Source: a bacterium
Lineage (GTDB): Bacteria > Bacillota > Clostridia > Oscillospirales > Oscillospiraceae
Direction: 5' to 3'
NCBI GenBank assembly: GCA_963632705.1
Contig: CAVGVB010000006.1
Coordinates: 13,783 to 77,782, forward strand
Length of the DNA: 64,000 nt
Below, in pieces: positions 56,872 to 64,000 of this stretch; positions within the stretch are counted from its first letter, which is position 1; every line of letters starts with the position of its first letter. Both the position numbers and the translations under genes were made by a program. The notes under the pieces were generated by a model. It was not told the origin of the DNA. It saw only the letters and a program-made list of their open reading frames with translations, and did no database searches.

Positions 56872-59268
56872 TTAAGATACAATGTTCATCAATTCGGCAA
56901 AGCTATCAACGACAGAGTATGTTACGCTCTCGCTGCTGATCGCGGCAAAGTGCGCTTTTGCACAGGCGATTTTTGCGTTTTCCACGCCGCGCAGTTCGGC
57001 AGCATCACTGTTGCCCTTCGTTTCGACGATGAAGTAGATATGTTTGACGCTGCCTTCATTGAAAGCGATCGCCCAGTCCGGATTATACTTGCCGACAGGT
57101 GTGGAGATGAAAAATCCGCCTGGCAGCTTCACGTATACCGCGACCTTCGCATTGACATCCAATTCACCGGCAAACTGTTTCTCGTTCTCGGAGTCGTAGA
57201 TAATGTGGCTGTACAGGCTGCGATTTGCCTCCATTGCATTCAAGCCAAGTTTACCACGAAGATTGGCGCTGGTAAAGATGTCTGTGTCGTAAGCCGCATC
57301 CAGCTTGTTATAGGTAATGTGTTCAATGATCTGTGTAGCCATCTGGTCATTGATGATTTTTGCTGTTTTCAGAATGAACTCCTCCGGATTCAGGCGGAAC
57401 ATGGCAAACTTCTGCGAGGCCATGCGCTGCAGGATCGCTGCAATCGTTGCGCGGGTCAACTTTGTCTCCTCCACCAGCTTTCCAATGAGGTCATAGCGGA
57501 CACTGCCCAACGGTGCGGTTTTGGGTGCCTCCTGGTCGGAGAGCGTCCTGCGGAAGCCGTGGCCCTGTTCCAGTTGCTCCTTGGAGTCCAAATGCGCGGC
57601 TTGTTCGCCGTACTCCAATTTGACCGTCACTGTGGTCACATTCAGCTTTTCATCCAGCATTTGCACAGCGTTCTCAATGAGCTTTTCCTTATCAAACCGC
57701 ACAGTATAGAAGGACTTGTGATTGATACGATTCCAGAGCTCCACAAATTCCTTCTTGTGCAGCTTTTCCGGGTCAATACGCGCTTCCACATTGTTGCCGT
57801 GAGCATCTTCCGGACGCATGGAGTGACTGTCGTAGATAGAAGACAGCACTTGCACCACTGCGGCGGTGCAATCCTTGACTTCCTCCGCCACCTGCACTGT
57901 ACCGCTGGCCTTGTCGGCATAATACTTATCCGTCAGTTCGCCGCGCTTGACATAGCCGTTGCTGACAAGGTCTTCGTAGATAGCCGTAGCCAGCTCCGGC
58001 GTGACCTTGACTTCGCTGCCGTTGGCATCGGTAAGGACTTTACCAAGGAACAACTGCGTATCGACCTTCTTAGGCCGGTCAGCCAAGGATTCCGCCAAGC
58101 CGGATTGCAGCGCCTCCGCGAACTTGCCGAACTCCATGTCGGTGATCAACGTCAGCTTATTCAGTTCCTGCACCTCGCTGCCCAGCACGCTTTCGTCCAT
58201 ACGTTCGCCCTGCTGATCAACGCACAGCCGCAGACCGCGCCCGATCTCCTGTCGGCTGCGGATGTCGGAGTCACTCTGCTTTTTCAGCGTACATATCTGG
58301 AAGACATTGGGGTTGTCCCAACCCTCCCGCAGCGCGGAGTGGGAGAAAATGAATCGCACCGGCTCGTCGAGACTCAACAGCCTCTCTTTGTCCTTCATAA
58401 TGAGGTCGTAGGCGTCCGCGTCATCGGAAGTCTGCGTCTTACGGTCAACTTTACTCTCCACAAAGCGGGCTTTCTTGCCCTTCTTCTTGTCGATGGAAAA
58501 GTAGCCCTGGTGGGTCGTCCTGGCGCTGAGCTTGTCCAGATAGCGGAGATAGGACTCGTCGCCGATTTTCCGCTGCAGCTCACTTACAACGCTGTTGTAC
58601 TCCTCCTCAAACATCTGAGCGTACTCGCCGTTGCGGCCTGTGTCGTCATCGCCGTCATAGCTGCGGTATTTGGACACCTCGTCAATGAAAAACAGGCTCA
58701 ATACCTTAATGCCCTTACGGTAGGCGGCGCTTTCCGGGGCATCGATCTCGTTGATCATGCTGAACATGTTGCCGCCGCGCTCACAACCCAAGTCGGCACG
58801 AGTAAATCCGTTGACAGGCGCAAAGGCGCAGGGAGCAGCGTTTTCCACTGTCATAAATCCGGGCATTAGCTCAGAAGTCACGTTGGACTTAAATAACGCT
58901 TTTCTCCGTACCCACTCCGCACACTCGCGGGAGATGGCTTTTTGCGTGAACTCATTGCGAAGCCGTATTTCAAATTCGCTTCCATACAGCGTTTTTTCAC
59001 GGTTCAGGCGAGGAATGTAGAATTCTCTCTGCGCCTTTTCCGGCTGCTCCGCCAAAAAGGTCGGGGATGTGAAAATAAACCGCAGGGCGTCTATACCTTC
59101 CAGCTGAGTTTTTAACTCTTCAAAGGCATAGACAGAAAAACACGCCGCTGCGATCGAGAGCTTGCTGCCGGGCTCCAGCTTTTCTTTTAACTCGTCTGAG
59201 AGCTTGTCCGTAATATTGTTGATGATCTTCATAACCCCACCTGCACTTTGCATTTTATCTTTAGTCAT
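56872..59268 (-). CDS. Res-like helicase C-lobe plus PD-(D/E)xK nuclease, with an unrelated N-terminal domain and no ATPase N-lobe
   Basis: 798 aa. Helicase motifs IV-VI are present (VRFIFSHSALREGWDNPNVFQICTL...RQEIGRGLRL), as is a C-terminal nuclease motif (YNPDWAIAF...IYFIVETKG). There is no Walker A or DExH anywhere. Residues 1-190 or so resemble the N-terminal domain of a different defence-helicase family. An alternative start is at 59232 (MKIINN...). Confidence 0.7.
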   Translation of the reverse strand: MTKDKMQSAGGVMKIINNITDKLSDELKEKLEPGSKLSIAAACFSVYAFEELKTQLEGIDALRFIFTSPTFLAEQPEKAQREFYIPRLNREKTLYGSEFEIRLRNEFTQKAISRECAEWVRRKALFKSNVTSELMPGFMTVENAAPCAFAPVNGFTRADLGCERGGNMFSMINEIDAPESAAYRKGIKVLSLFFIDEVSKYRSYDGDDDTGRNGEYAQMFEEEYNSVVSELQRKIGDESYLRYLDKLSARTTHQGYFSIDKKKGKKARFVESKVDRKTQTSDDADAYDLIMKDKERLLSLDEPVRFIFSHSALREGWDNPNVFQICTLKKQSDSDIRSRQEIGRGLRLCVDQQGERMDESVLGSEVQELNKLTLITDMEFGKFAEALQSGLAESLADRPKKVDTQLFLGKVLTDANGSEVKVTPELATAIYEDLVSNGYVKRGELTDKYYADKASGTVQVAEEVKDCTAAVVQVLSSIYDSHSMRPEDAHGNNVEARIDPEKLHKKEFVELWNRINHKSFYTVRFDKEKLIENAVQMLDEKLNVTTVTVKLEYGEQAAHLDSKEQLEQGHGFRRTLSDQEAPKTAPLGSVRYDLIGKLVEETKLTRATIAAILQRMASQKFAMFRLNPEEFILKTAKIINDQMATQIIEHITYNKLDAAYDTDIFTSANLRGKLGLNAMEANRSLYSHIIYDSENEKQFAGELDVNAKVAVYVKLPGGFFISTPVGKYNPDWAIAFNEGSVKHIYFIVETKGNSDAAELRGVENAKIACAKAHFAAISSESVTYSVVDSFAELMNIVS

Positions 59269-59378
59269 TAGAATTCCTGAAATTATATTTATAGTATATA
59301 TTCAAAGGCAAAAAATATCAATGGTCTGTTTATTTCTCCCAAAAACTATTCATAGTATAGGAAGAGAGGTGAGGACCA

Positions 59379-59723
59379 TTGTCGATTGCAAAAATCATCG
59401 GTGAACGGCTGCGCGCTTACCGTGTCCAAAAAGGATGGAGTCAGGAGATACTGGCAGAAAAAGCGGAGCTTCATCATACCTATATCGGTCAGTTAGAGCG
59501 CGGTGAGAAGAACGCTACGATTGAGAGCATTTACAAGGTGACAACAGCACTGGACATTCCGTTGTCGGCTTTGTTTGAAAATATATCACCATCATCTGAG
59601 GTGAGAGACTATGCCTCTTTGAGTTATGATCTGATACAGAAACAGACTCTGCAGGAGCAGGAGATGCTGTATGAGATATTGGTGCGCATTATAAGATTTA
59701 AGCTAGGTACAAACTCTCATTAA
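59379..59723 (+). CDS. XRE-family HTH regulator (controller-protein-like position)
   Basis: 114 aa with a TTG start behind AGAGGTGAGG. The HTH is RAYRVQKGWSQEILAEKAELHHTYIGQLERGEKN. It is divergent from the Res-like gene. Confidence 0.8.
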   Translation: MSIAKIIGERLRAYRVQKGWSQEILAEKAELHHTYIGQLERGEKNATIESIYKVTTALDIPLSALFENISPSSEVRDYASLSYDLIQKQTLQEQEMLYEILVRIIRFKLGTNSH

Positions 59724-59730
59724 AAGCAAA

Positions 59731-59751
59731 AGCCACCCGAGAAGGGTGGCT
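59731..59751. terminator. bidirectional terminator
   Basis: agccaccc-gagaa-gggtggct, flanked by A and T runs. Confidence 0.75.
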
Positions 59752-59774
59752 TAAAAACAGTCCGATTCGGAGGT

Positions 59775-59975
59775 TCACTCCGTATCGGGCTGTTTTTCGC
59801 GGTCGATGGTTTCATTGATCGCGCGGTAGATGAATGCGTTGGTAGACTCCCCGTTGGCGGCGGCGTGCGCCTGAATGCGAGACTTGTTGCCCTTTGGGAC
59901 GCGGAAAGTGATGCTTTCCAGCTTCTCCTCACGGTATTTTTTATTGGCGCGCAGCTGCGCTTCTGTCTGTGCCAT
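59775..59975 (-). CDS. ribbon-helix-helix (Arc/CopG-like) protein
   Basis: 66 aa. ...ITFRVPKGNKSRIQAHAAANGESTNAFIYRAINETI. Its own promoter is TTGCTT, 17 bp, TATAAT on the minus strand at about 60010-60045. Confidence 0.7.
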   Translation of the reverse strand: MAQTEAQLRANKKYREEKLESITFRVPKGNKSRIQAHAAANGESTNAFIYRAINETIDREKQPDTE

Positions 59976-60046
59976 GTGAGCTCCTCCCCAAAGATGCTTT
60001 TATCATTATAACGAATTATCTTATGTGAAGCAAGAACTATTGCGTT

Positions 60047-60131
60047 GGTGTGACCTCACATATTTTACAAATTATCTTTCTCATTTTTGGTATGTTCGAC
60101 TATTGATGTGAGGTCACATATATGCTATACT
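60047..60131. promoter_or_regulatory. twin palindromic operators and a rightward promoter
   Basis: TGTGACCTCACA (60049-60060) and TGTGAGGTCACA (60107-60118). The plus-strand promoter is TTGATG (60103-60108), 17 bp, TATACT (60126-60131), and it overlaps the second palindrome. Confidence 0.55.
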
Positions 60132-60299
60132 GTCCTTACAAAAGAAAAACAACGGCAGTTGCAGGGAGTTGGCGCTCCCTACAACCTGCGCAGGTGATTA
60201 CCGCACCTACACAACGGACGAATCCGCACCGCATAGGGTCATTATACCCGTTTGACCCTGATTTTGCAAGCGGAATCCGGTCTATTTGTCATACTCATG

Positions 60300-60343
60300 A
60301 CACCGTGTAGTGCCTCGGCCTGCACGGTGTTTCTCTTTTCTCA
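60300..60343 (+). terminator. terminator-like hairpin in the leader upstream of the recombinase operon
   Basis: acaccgtg-(15 nt)-cacggtgt followed by ttctcttttctc. Confidence 0.45.
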
Positions 60344-60366
60344 TTTCACCGAAAGGAGGAAAACGC

Positions 60367-60582
60367 ATGAGTCAAGATCGTATTCCGTTTCCCGCGTCCC
60401 CGTCATGTTCTCCGTCCCCAGCTCATAGGCTGTGGCGAGGGGGAATGAACATGGAAGTCAAGCACACCCATCCGCAGTATGAGGATCCACAGGCGCGGCA
60501 GCAGCAGATGAAGGATGCCTATGCCGCCTGCATGGCGAAGCTGCGGGCACTGCGGACGGCCCAGCGGGAAAAGGCCGCATGA
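60367..60582 (+). CDS. small protein preceding the serine recombinase
   Basis: AGGAGG, 7 nt, then the ATG at 60367. 71 aa. The stop overlaps the recombinase ATG (ATGA). Confidence 0.5.
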   Translation: MSQDRIPFPASPSCSPSPAHRLWRGGMNMEVKHTHPQYEDPQARQQQMKDAYAACMAKLRALRTAQREKAA

Positions 60583-62045
60583 AAACGGACGCGGTATACG
60601 CCCGCCAGTCTGTGGAGAAAAAGGACAGCCTGTCCATCGCGGGACAGATCGATCTGTGCCGCCGCACGGCAGGCGGCGGGGAGCTGCGGGTCTACAAGGA
60701 CGCCGGTTACTCCGGCAAAAACACCGAGCGCCCCGCCTTCCAGCAGCTGATGAAGGACATCCGCGCCGACCGCATCGGCACGCTGTACGTCTACCGGCTG
60801 GACAGGTTTTCCCGCAGCGTGGCGGACTTCGGCCAGCTGTGGGAGGTGCTGCAGGAGCACCATGTGGAGTTCGTGTCGGTCAACGAGAACTTCGACACCA
60901 AGACGCCCATGGGGCGGGCTATGCTGCATATCATCATGGTGTTCGCCCAGCTGGAGCGGGAGACCACCGCCGAGCGCGTGCGGGACAACTACTACCGCCG
61001 CGCGGCGCTGGGCGCATGGCCCGGCGGCCCGGCGCCCTACGGCTTCAACAATGGCAGGGCTCGCGGACGGGATGGCCGTGAGGTGCCGTCCCTCATCCCC
61101 AACGACAGGGCGGCGGTGGTGCAGCGGATCTTTCAGGAGTACGCCGCGGAGGGCATGTCGCTGGGACTGCTGGCCCGCAAGCTGACCGCCGAGGGCATCC
61201 CCGCCCCCAAACGCACTACCTGGGACAACGTGACGCTGTCCCGCCTGCTGCACAATCCGGCCTATGTGATGGCGGACGAGCAGGTGCGGCTCCACTATCT
61301 GGGGCAGGGCGTGGAGGTCACCAGCCCGCCTGAGGCCTTCGACGGCGTACACGGCGTGCTGCTGGTGGGCAAGCGGGAGGCCAACGCGCGGAAGTACACC
61401 AAGACCGAGAACCATCGGGCGTCCGTGCTGAACAGCGTGGGCGTCGTGGCATCGCCGCTGTTTCTGGCGGTACAGGCAAAGCTGGCACACAACCGTCAGG
61501 TGGGCAACAGCGGCAAGGGCAAGCACACCTGGCTCTCCGGCCTGCTGAAATGTGCCAAGTGCGGCTACAGTCTGTCCGTCGTGGCGGACAAGTCCTATCG
61601 CTATCTGGCGTGCAGCGGACGGTACAACATGAACCGCTGCGACGCCGCTATCCACGTCAAGCTGGCGGAGCTGGAAGCGGTAGTGCAGACGGAGATCGAA
61701 AAGCTGCTGGCCCAGTGTCCGCAGGAGCCCGTTGTGCCGAAGCCGGAGGAGGACAGCTATACCCAGCGGCTGCTGGAGCTGGATCGTCGCGCCGAACGCC
61801 TGATGGACGCCTTTGCCGAGAGCGAGGATCTGCCCGCGTCCTATCTGCAGAAGGCGCTGGGGAAGATCGAAAAGGAGCGTGAAGCGCTCCGGCAGGCCCA
61901 GCGGCGTGAAGCAGGCCGCGTTCCGCTGCCGGAAAAGCTGGTGTTCAATGAACTGTCCTTTGAGGAGAAAAAAGCCGTAGCCGCCCAGTTCATCCGCCGC
62001 ATCGAGGTGGCGGAGGACAGCGCGGAGATCATCTGGGCGGTGTAA
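60579..62045 (+). CDS. large serine recombinase
   Basis: 488 aa. Resolvase catalytic domain (AVYARQSVEKKDSLSIAGQ...YRLDRFSRS), a recombinase domain, and a zinc ribbon (CAKCGYSL...CSGRYNMNRC). Confidence 0.95.
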   Translation: MKTDAVYARQSVEKKDSLSIAGQIDLCRRTAGGGELRVYKDAGYSGKNTERPAFQQLMKDIRADRIGTLYVYRLDRFSRSVADFGQLWEVLQEHHVEFVSVNENFDTKTPMGRAMLHIIMVFAQLERETTAERVRDNYYRRAALGAWPGGPAPYGFNNGRARGRDGREVPSLIPNDRAAVVQRIFQEYAAEGMSLGLLARKLTAEGIPAPKRTTWDNVTLSRLLHNPAYVMADEQVRLHYLGQGVEVTSPPEAFDGVHGVLLVGKREANARKYTKTENHRASVLNSVGVVASPLFLAVQAKLAHNRQVGNSGKGKHTWLSGLLKCAKCGYSLSVVADKSYRYLACSGRYNMNRCDAAIHVKLAELEAVVQTEIEKLLAQCPQEPVVPKPEEDSYTQRLLELDRRAERLMDAFAESEDLPASYLQKALGKIEKEREALRQAQRREAGRVPLPEKLVFNELSFEEKKAVAAQFIRRIEVAEDSAEIIWAV

Positions 62046-62077
62046 ATCAAATTTGATACGAATGAGGAGTAACCATT

Positions 62078-62281
62078 ATGAACGACGAACGTAAAACAAC
62101 CGTCGAAGTGAACATGACCGATGACGAGTGGATCGAGCTGCTGTGCTTGTGCGAGGACATCAACCTGACGCCGGAGGATCTAGCTGTGGCATTCTGCCAG
62201 GAGGTCATCCGCCAGCAGGCGCTGCTGCGCATCATCGCTGCCGCCATTCGCTCCGACATGGCCAATCAACTCAACCGATAA
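62078..62281 (+). CDS. small acidic hypothetical protein
   Basis: 67 aa with an AGGAG RBS, lying between the recombinase and the GHKL gene. Confidence 0.5.
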   Translation: MNDERKTTVEVNMTDDEWIELLCLCEDINLTPEDLAVAFCQEVIRQQALLRIIAAAIRSDMANQLNR

Positions 62282-62298
62282 CGGGAGGAATTACACCT

Positions 62299-63819
62299 AT
62301 GAAAATCGAAAACAAAACGCCTATTGCGGAGGAGATCATCCGCAACAATCCCACCGGCCACGGCCTGTTCGCCGGTATCGGGGACAATTTCAACAGCGTG
62401 GCACAGGTCATCTGCGAGCTGATAGACGACGCGGTCTCCAACCTCCACGCCAACAAAGACGATTCCGAACTGTCCATGACGGTAGTGTTGTCGCTGGAAA
62501 ACCTGGGCGATGCGGTGGAGATCACCGTGACGGACGGCGGCACGGGCATTGCCGACCTCGGCAGTGCCCTGACCATCGCTTGCCGGGACGGTGCGCAGAC
62601 GCCGCTGAACGAACACGGCTTCGGATTAAAGCACGCATTGGCCTCCTGCGACAGCAGCCCTGAACAGAAGTGGAGTATTCGCACCCGCACGAAGGCCGAC
62701 GCAGCGGCAAATCAGTACCGCGAGGTCAAGGCGCCGTATTCCATGGGCACGTCTGAGCTGGACAAGCCCATGAAGGTGCGGTTCTATTCAGGTACGGGCG
62801 ACCTGCCCCACCCCACCGGCACGTCGATCTCTGTCCGCTGCCCTATGGCGAAGTTCCGGACGGTGAAGCCTGACCGTAAGGCGGCACCCTCCGACTTCCA
62901 CAATCTGGTGCGGTACATCATTGAGGAGCTGCGGTACGTCTACGCAGGCATTCTAGCAAATACATCCATCACCATGGAGGTGTGGGAGATCAGCGGCGGT
63001 GAGGAAGCGCAGCATACGCTGACGCCGTTGCTGCCGGTGTGGGAGGAGGGCAGCGTGAAGGATTACGGTGATATTCCCTGCAACCTGGGCGGCGGCCCGC
63101 TGACGATTCGTTGTAAGTACGGCAACATCCTGAAGAACCCGTCCAACGCCATCTACTACAAGTGCAACATGGAGTCCAGCGGCGTGGAGCTGCGCATCAA
63201 TGGACGCGCCATCGAGCACGGAATGTTTGACCGCGTCTGGGGCGAGGCCATTCACCCCAGTCAGAACCGCTTTCTGGTACAGGTGGATCTTATCTCGGAC
63301 AACCCCGCCGCGCTGCCTGCCACGAAGAACACGAAGACCTCTTTTTGTGAAGCCGATCCTCGTCTGAAGAACCCCCTCAGTTGGATCGCCTCCTACGTCC
63401 CCGCCCCGGCCAAGGATGTGGACTCGATGGAGCTGCGGTACGTCAAGGAGCTGACTGCCAAGCGGGAGAACGACCCTACTGCCCTGCGGGTGAGCCGTGA
63501 GGAGCCGGTATTCCAGAAGATCGGGCTGAAGGCCAAGGTCGATCTGTTCGTGGGCTACATCGACCGCGTGACCATCTACGAGGCCAAGGTAGGAAAGACC
63601 AAGGCGCTGGACTTGTACCAGCTCCGCATGTATGTGGATGGCTGCGCCCTGGACAACAAGCCTGTGGATGAAGCCGTGCTGATCGCCAAGCGCCACTCGG
63701 CAGAGGTAAAGGAGCTGCGGGACATTCTGAACACCCTGACCGCACCTGACGGACGTCCCTACAACTTTCGGTTGGCCACCTGGGACGAAGAAGGTATCGT
63801 GATCCGCCAGAGCGCGTGA
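62299..63819 (+). CDS. GHKL-type ATPase fused to a PD-(D/E)xK nuclease-like C-terminus
   Basis: GGAGGA, then the ATG at 62299. Bergerat-fold motifs ELIDDAVSN, DGGTGI and GFGLKHA. The C-terminus carries VDLFVGYIDRVTIYEAKVGK (D...E-x-K). 506 aa. Confidence 0.7.
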   Translation: MKIENKTPIAEEIIRNNPTGHGLFAGIGDNFNSVAQVICELIDDAVSNLHANKDDSELSMTVVLSLENLGDAVEITVTDGGTGIADLGSALTIACRDGAQTPLNEHGFGLKHALASCDSSPEQKWSIRTRTKADAAANQYREVKAPYSMGTSELDKPMKVRFYSGTGDLPHPTGTSISVRCPMAKFRTVKPDRKAAPSDFHNLVRYIIEELRYVYAGILANTSITMEVWEISGGEEAQHTLTPLLPVWEEGSVKDYGDIPCNLGGGPLTIRCKYGNILKNPSNAIYYKCNMESSGVELRINGRAIEHGMFDRVWGEAIHPSQNRFLVQVDLISDNPAALPATKNTKTSFCEADPRLKNPLSWIASYVPAPAKDVDSMELRYVKELTAKRENDPTALRVSREEPVFQKIGLKAKVDLFVGYIDRVTIYEAKVGKTKALDLYQLRMYVDGCALDNKPVDEAVLIAKRHSAEVKELRDILNTLTAPDGRPYNFRLATWDEEGIVIRQSA

Positions 63820-63826
63820 GAACAGT

Positions 63827-63863
63827 CGGGGAAAAGTGTGCAATCATTGCACACTTTTCCCCG
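63827..63863. repeat. palindromic hairpin family, copy 3 (terminator-like)
   Basis: cggggaaaagtgtgcaatcattgcacacttttccccg, 8 nt after the stop of the GHKL gene. Confidence 0.9.
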
Positions 63864-63881
63864 ACAGGAAGGAGTGAGAAT

Positions 63882-64000
63882 ATGGCCGATGAAAGCACCA
63901 TCATCCGCTGGACTTACACCGCAAAATCAGGTACAATGGGAGCAGAAATTTACAAAAGAGAAAGGACGACCGACCATGACATATACTTCCGCACAGGCCA
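63882..64000 (+). CDS. hypothetical protein, 5' end only
   Basis: GGAAGGAG, then the ATG at 63882. MADESTIIRWTYTAKSGTMGAEIYKRERTTDHDIYFRTG... runs off the window. Confidence 0.4.
   Translation, partial: MADESTIIRWTYTAKSGTMGAEIYKRERTTDHDIYFRTG

Overview
This is a high-GC (about 60%) Firmicutes/Clostridia-like chromosomal window; the taxon is inferred from gene content and an (S/P)PxTG sorting signal. All calls come from reading the sequence and ORF translations, with no database search.

Layout, left to right:
- 0-7.8 kb (minus strand): a processive GT2 glycosyltransferase with an OmpR-type regulator and a membrane sensor, a small heptad-repeat protein, and a ygfK-like/ssnA-like pair behind a structured, terminator-containing leader.
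- 8.2-24.9 kb: a giant (about 5,090 aa if joined) cell-wall-anchored repeat protein, split by a G6 frameshift and an in-frame TAG, followed by a collagen-like protein. The locus is bracketed by copies of a palindromic REP/MITE-like element.
- 25-39 kb: housekeeping or accessory operons. These are a TetR/methyltransferase operon, a Bce-like two-component system plus ABC module (permease carries an in-frame TGA), and a LacI/ABC/GH94 phosphorylase/mutarotase sugar locus.
- 39.3-47.4 kb: a complete type II-C CRISPR-Cas9 cassette. It holds an AAA ATPase, 18 repeats/17 spacers, cas2, cas1, cas9 and a predicted tracrRNA, and is bracketed exactly by 377-bp direct repeats carrying 3' fragments of a polysaccharide deacetylase gene.
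- 47.4-64 kb: a mosaic mobile/defence island.
  - An AT-rich insert with a 588-aa Rx4H (HEPN-like) protein and two tandem tyrosine-recombinase-like genes.
  - A helicase-nuclease ORF lacking its ATPase N-lobe, plus an 840-aa zinc-ribbon/TM/TPR protein.
  - An XRE and an RHH regulator.
  - A large serine recombinase followed by a GHKL-ATPase/PD-(D/E)xK fusion.

The best candidates for undescribed biology are the HEPN-like gene, the GHKL-nuclease module, the Res-like/membrane-protein pair and the repeat-bracketed Cas9 cassette. Several genes are disrupted by frameshifts at homopolymers or by in-frame stops, so assembly error must be excluded first.
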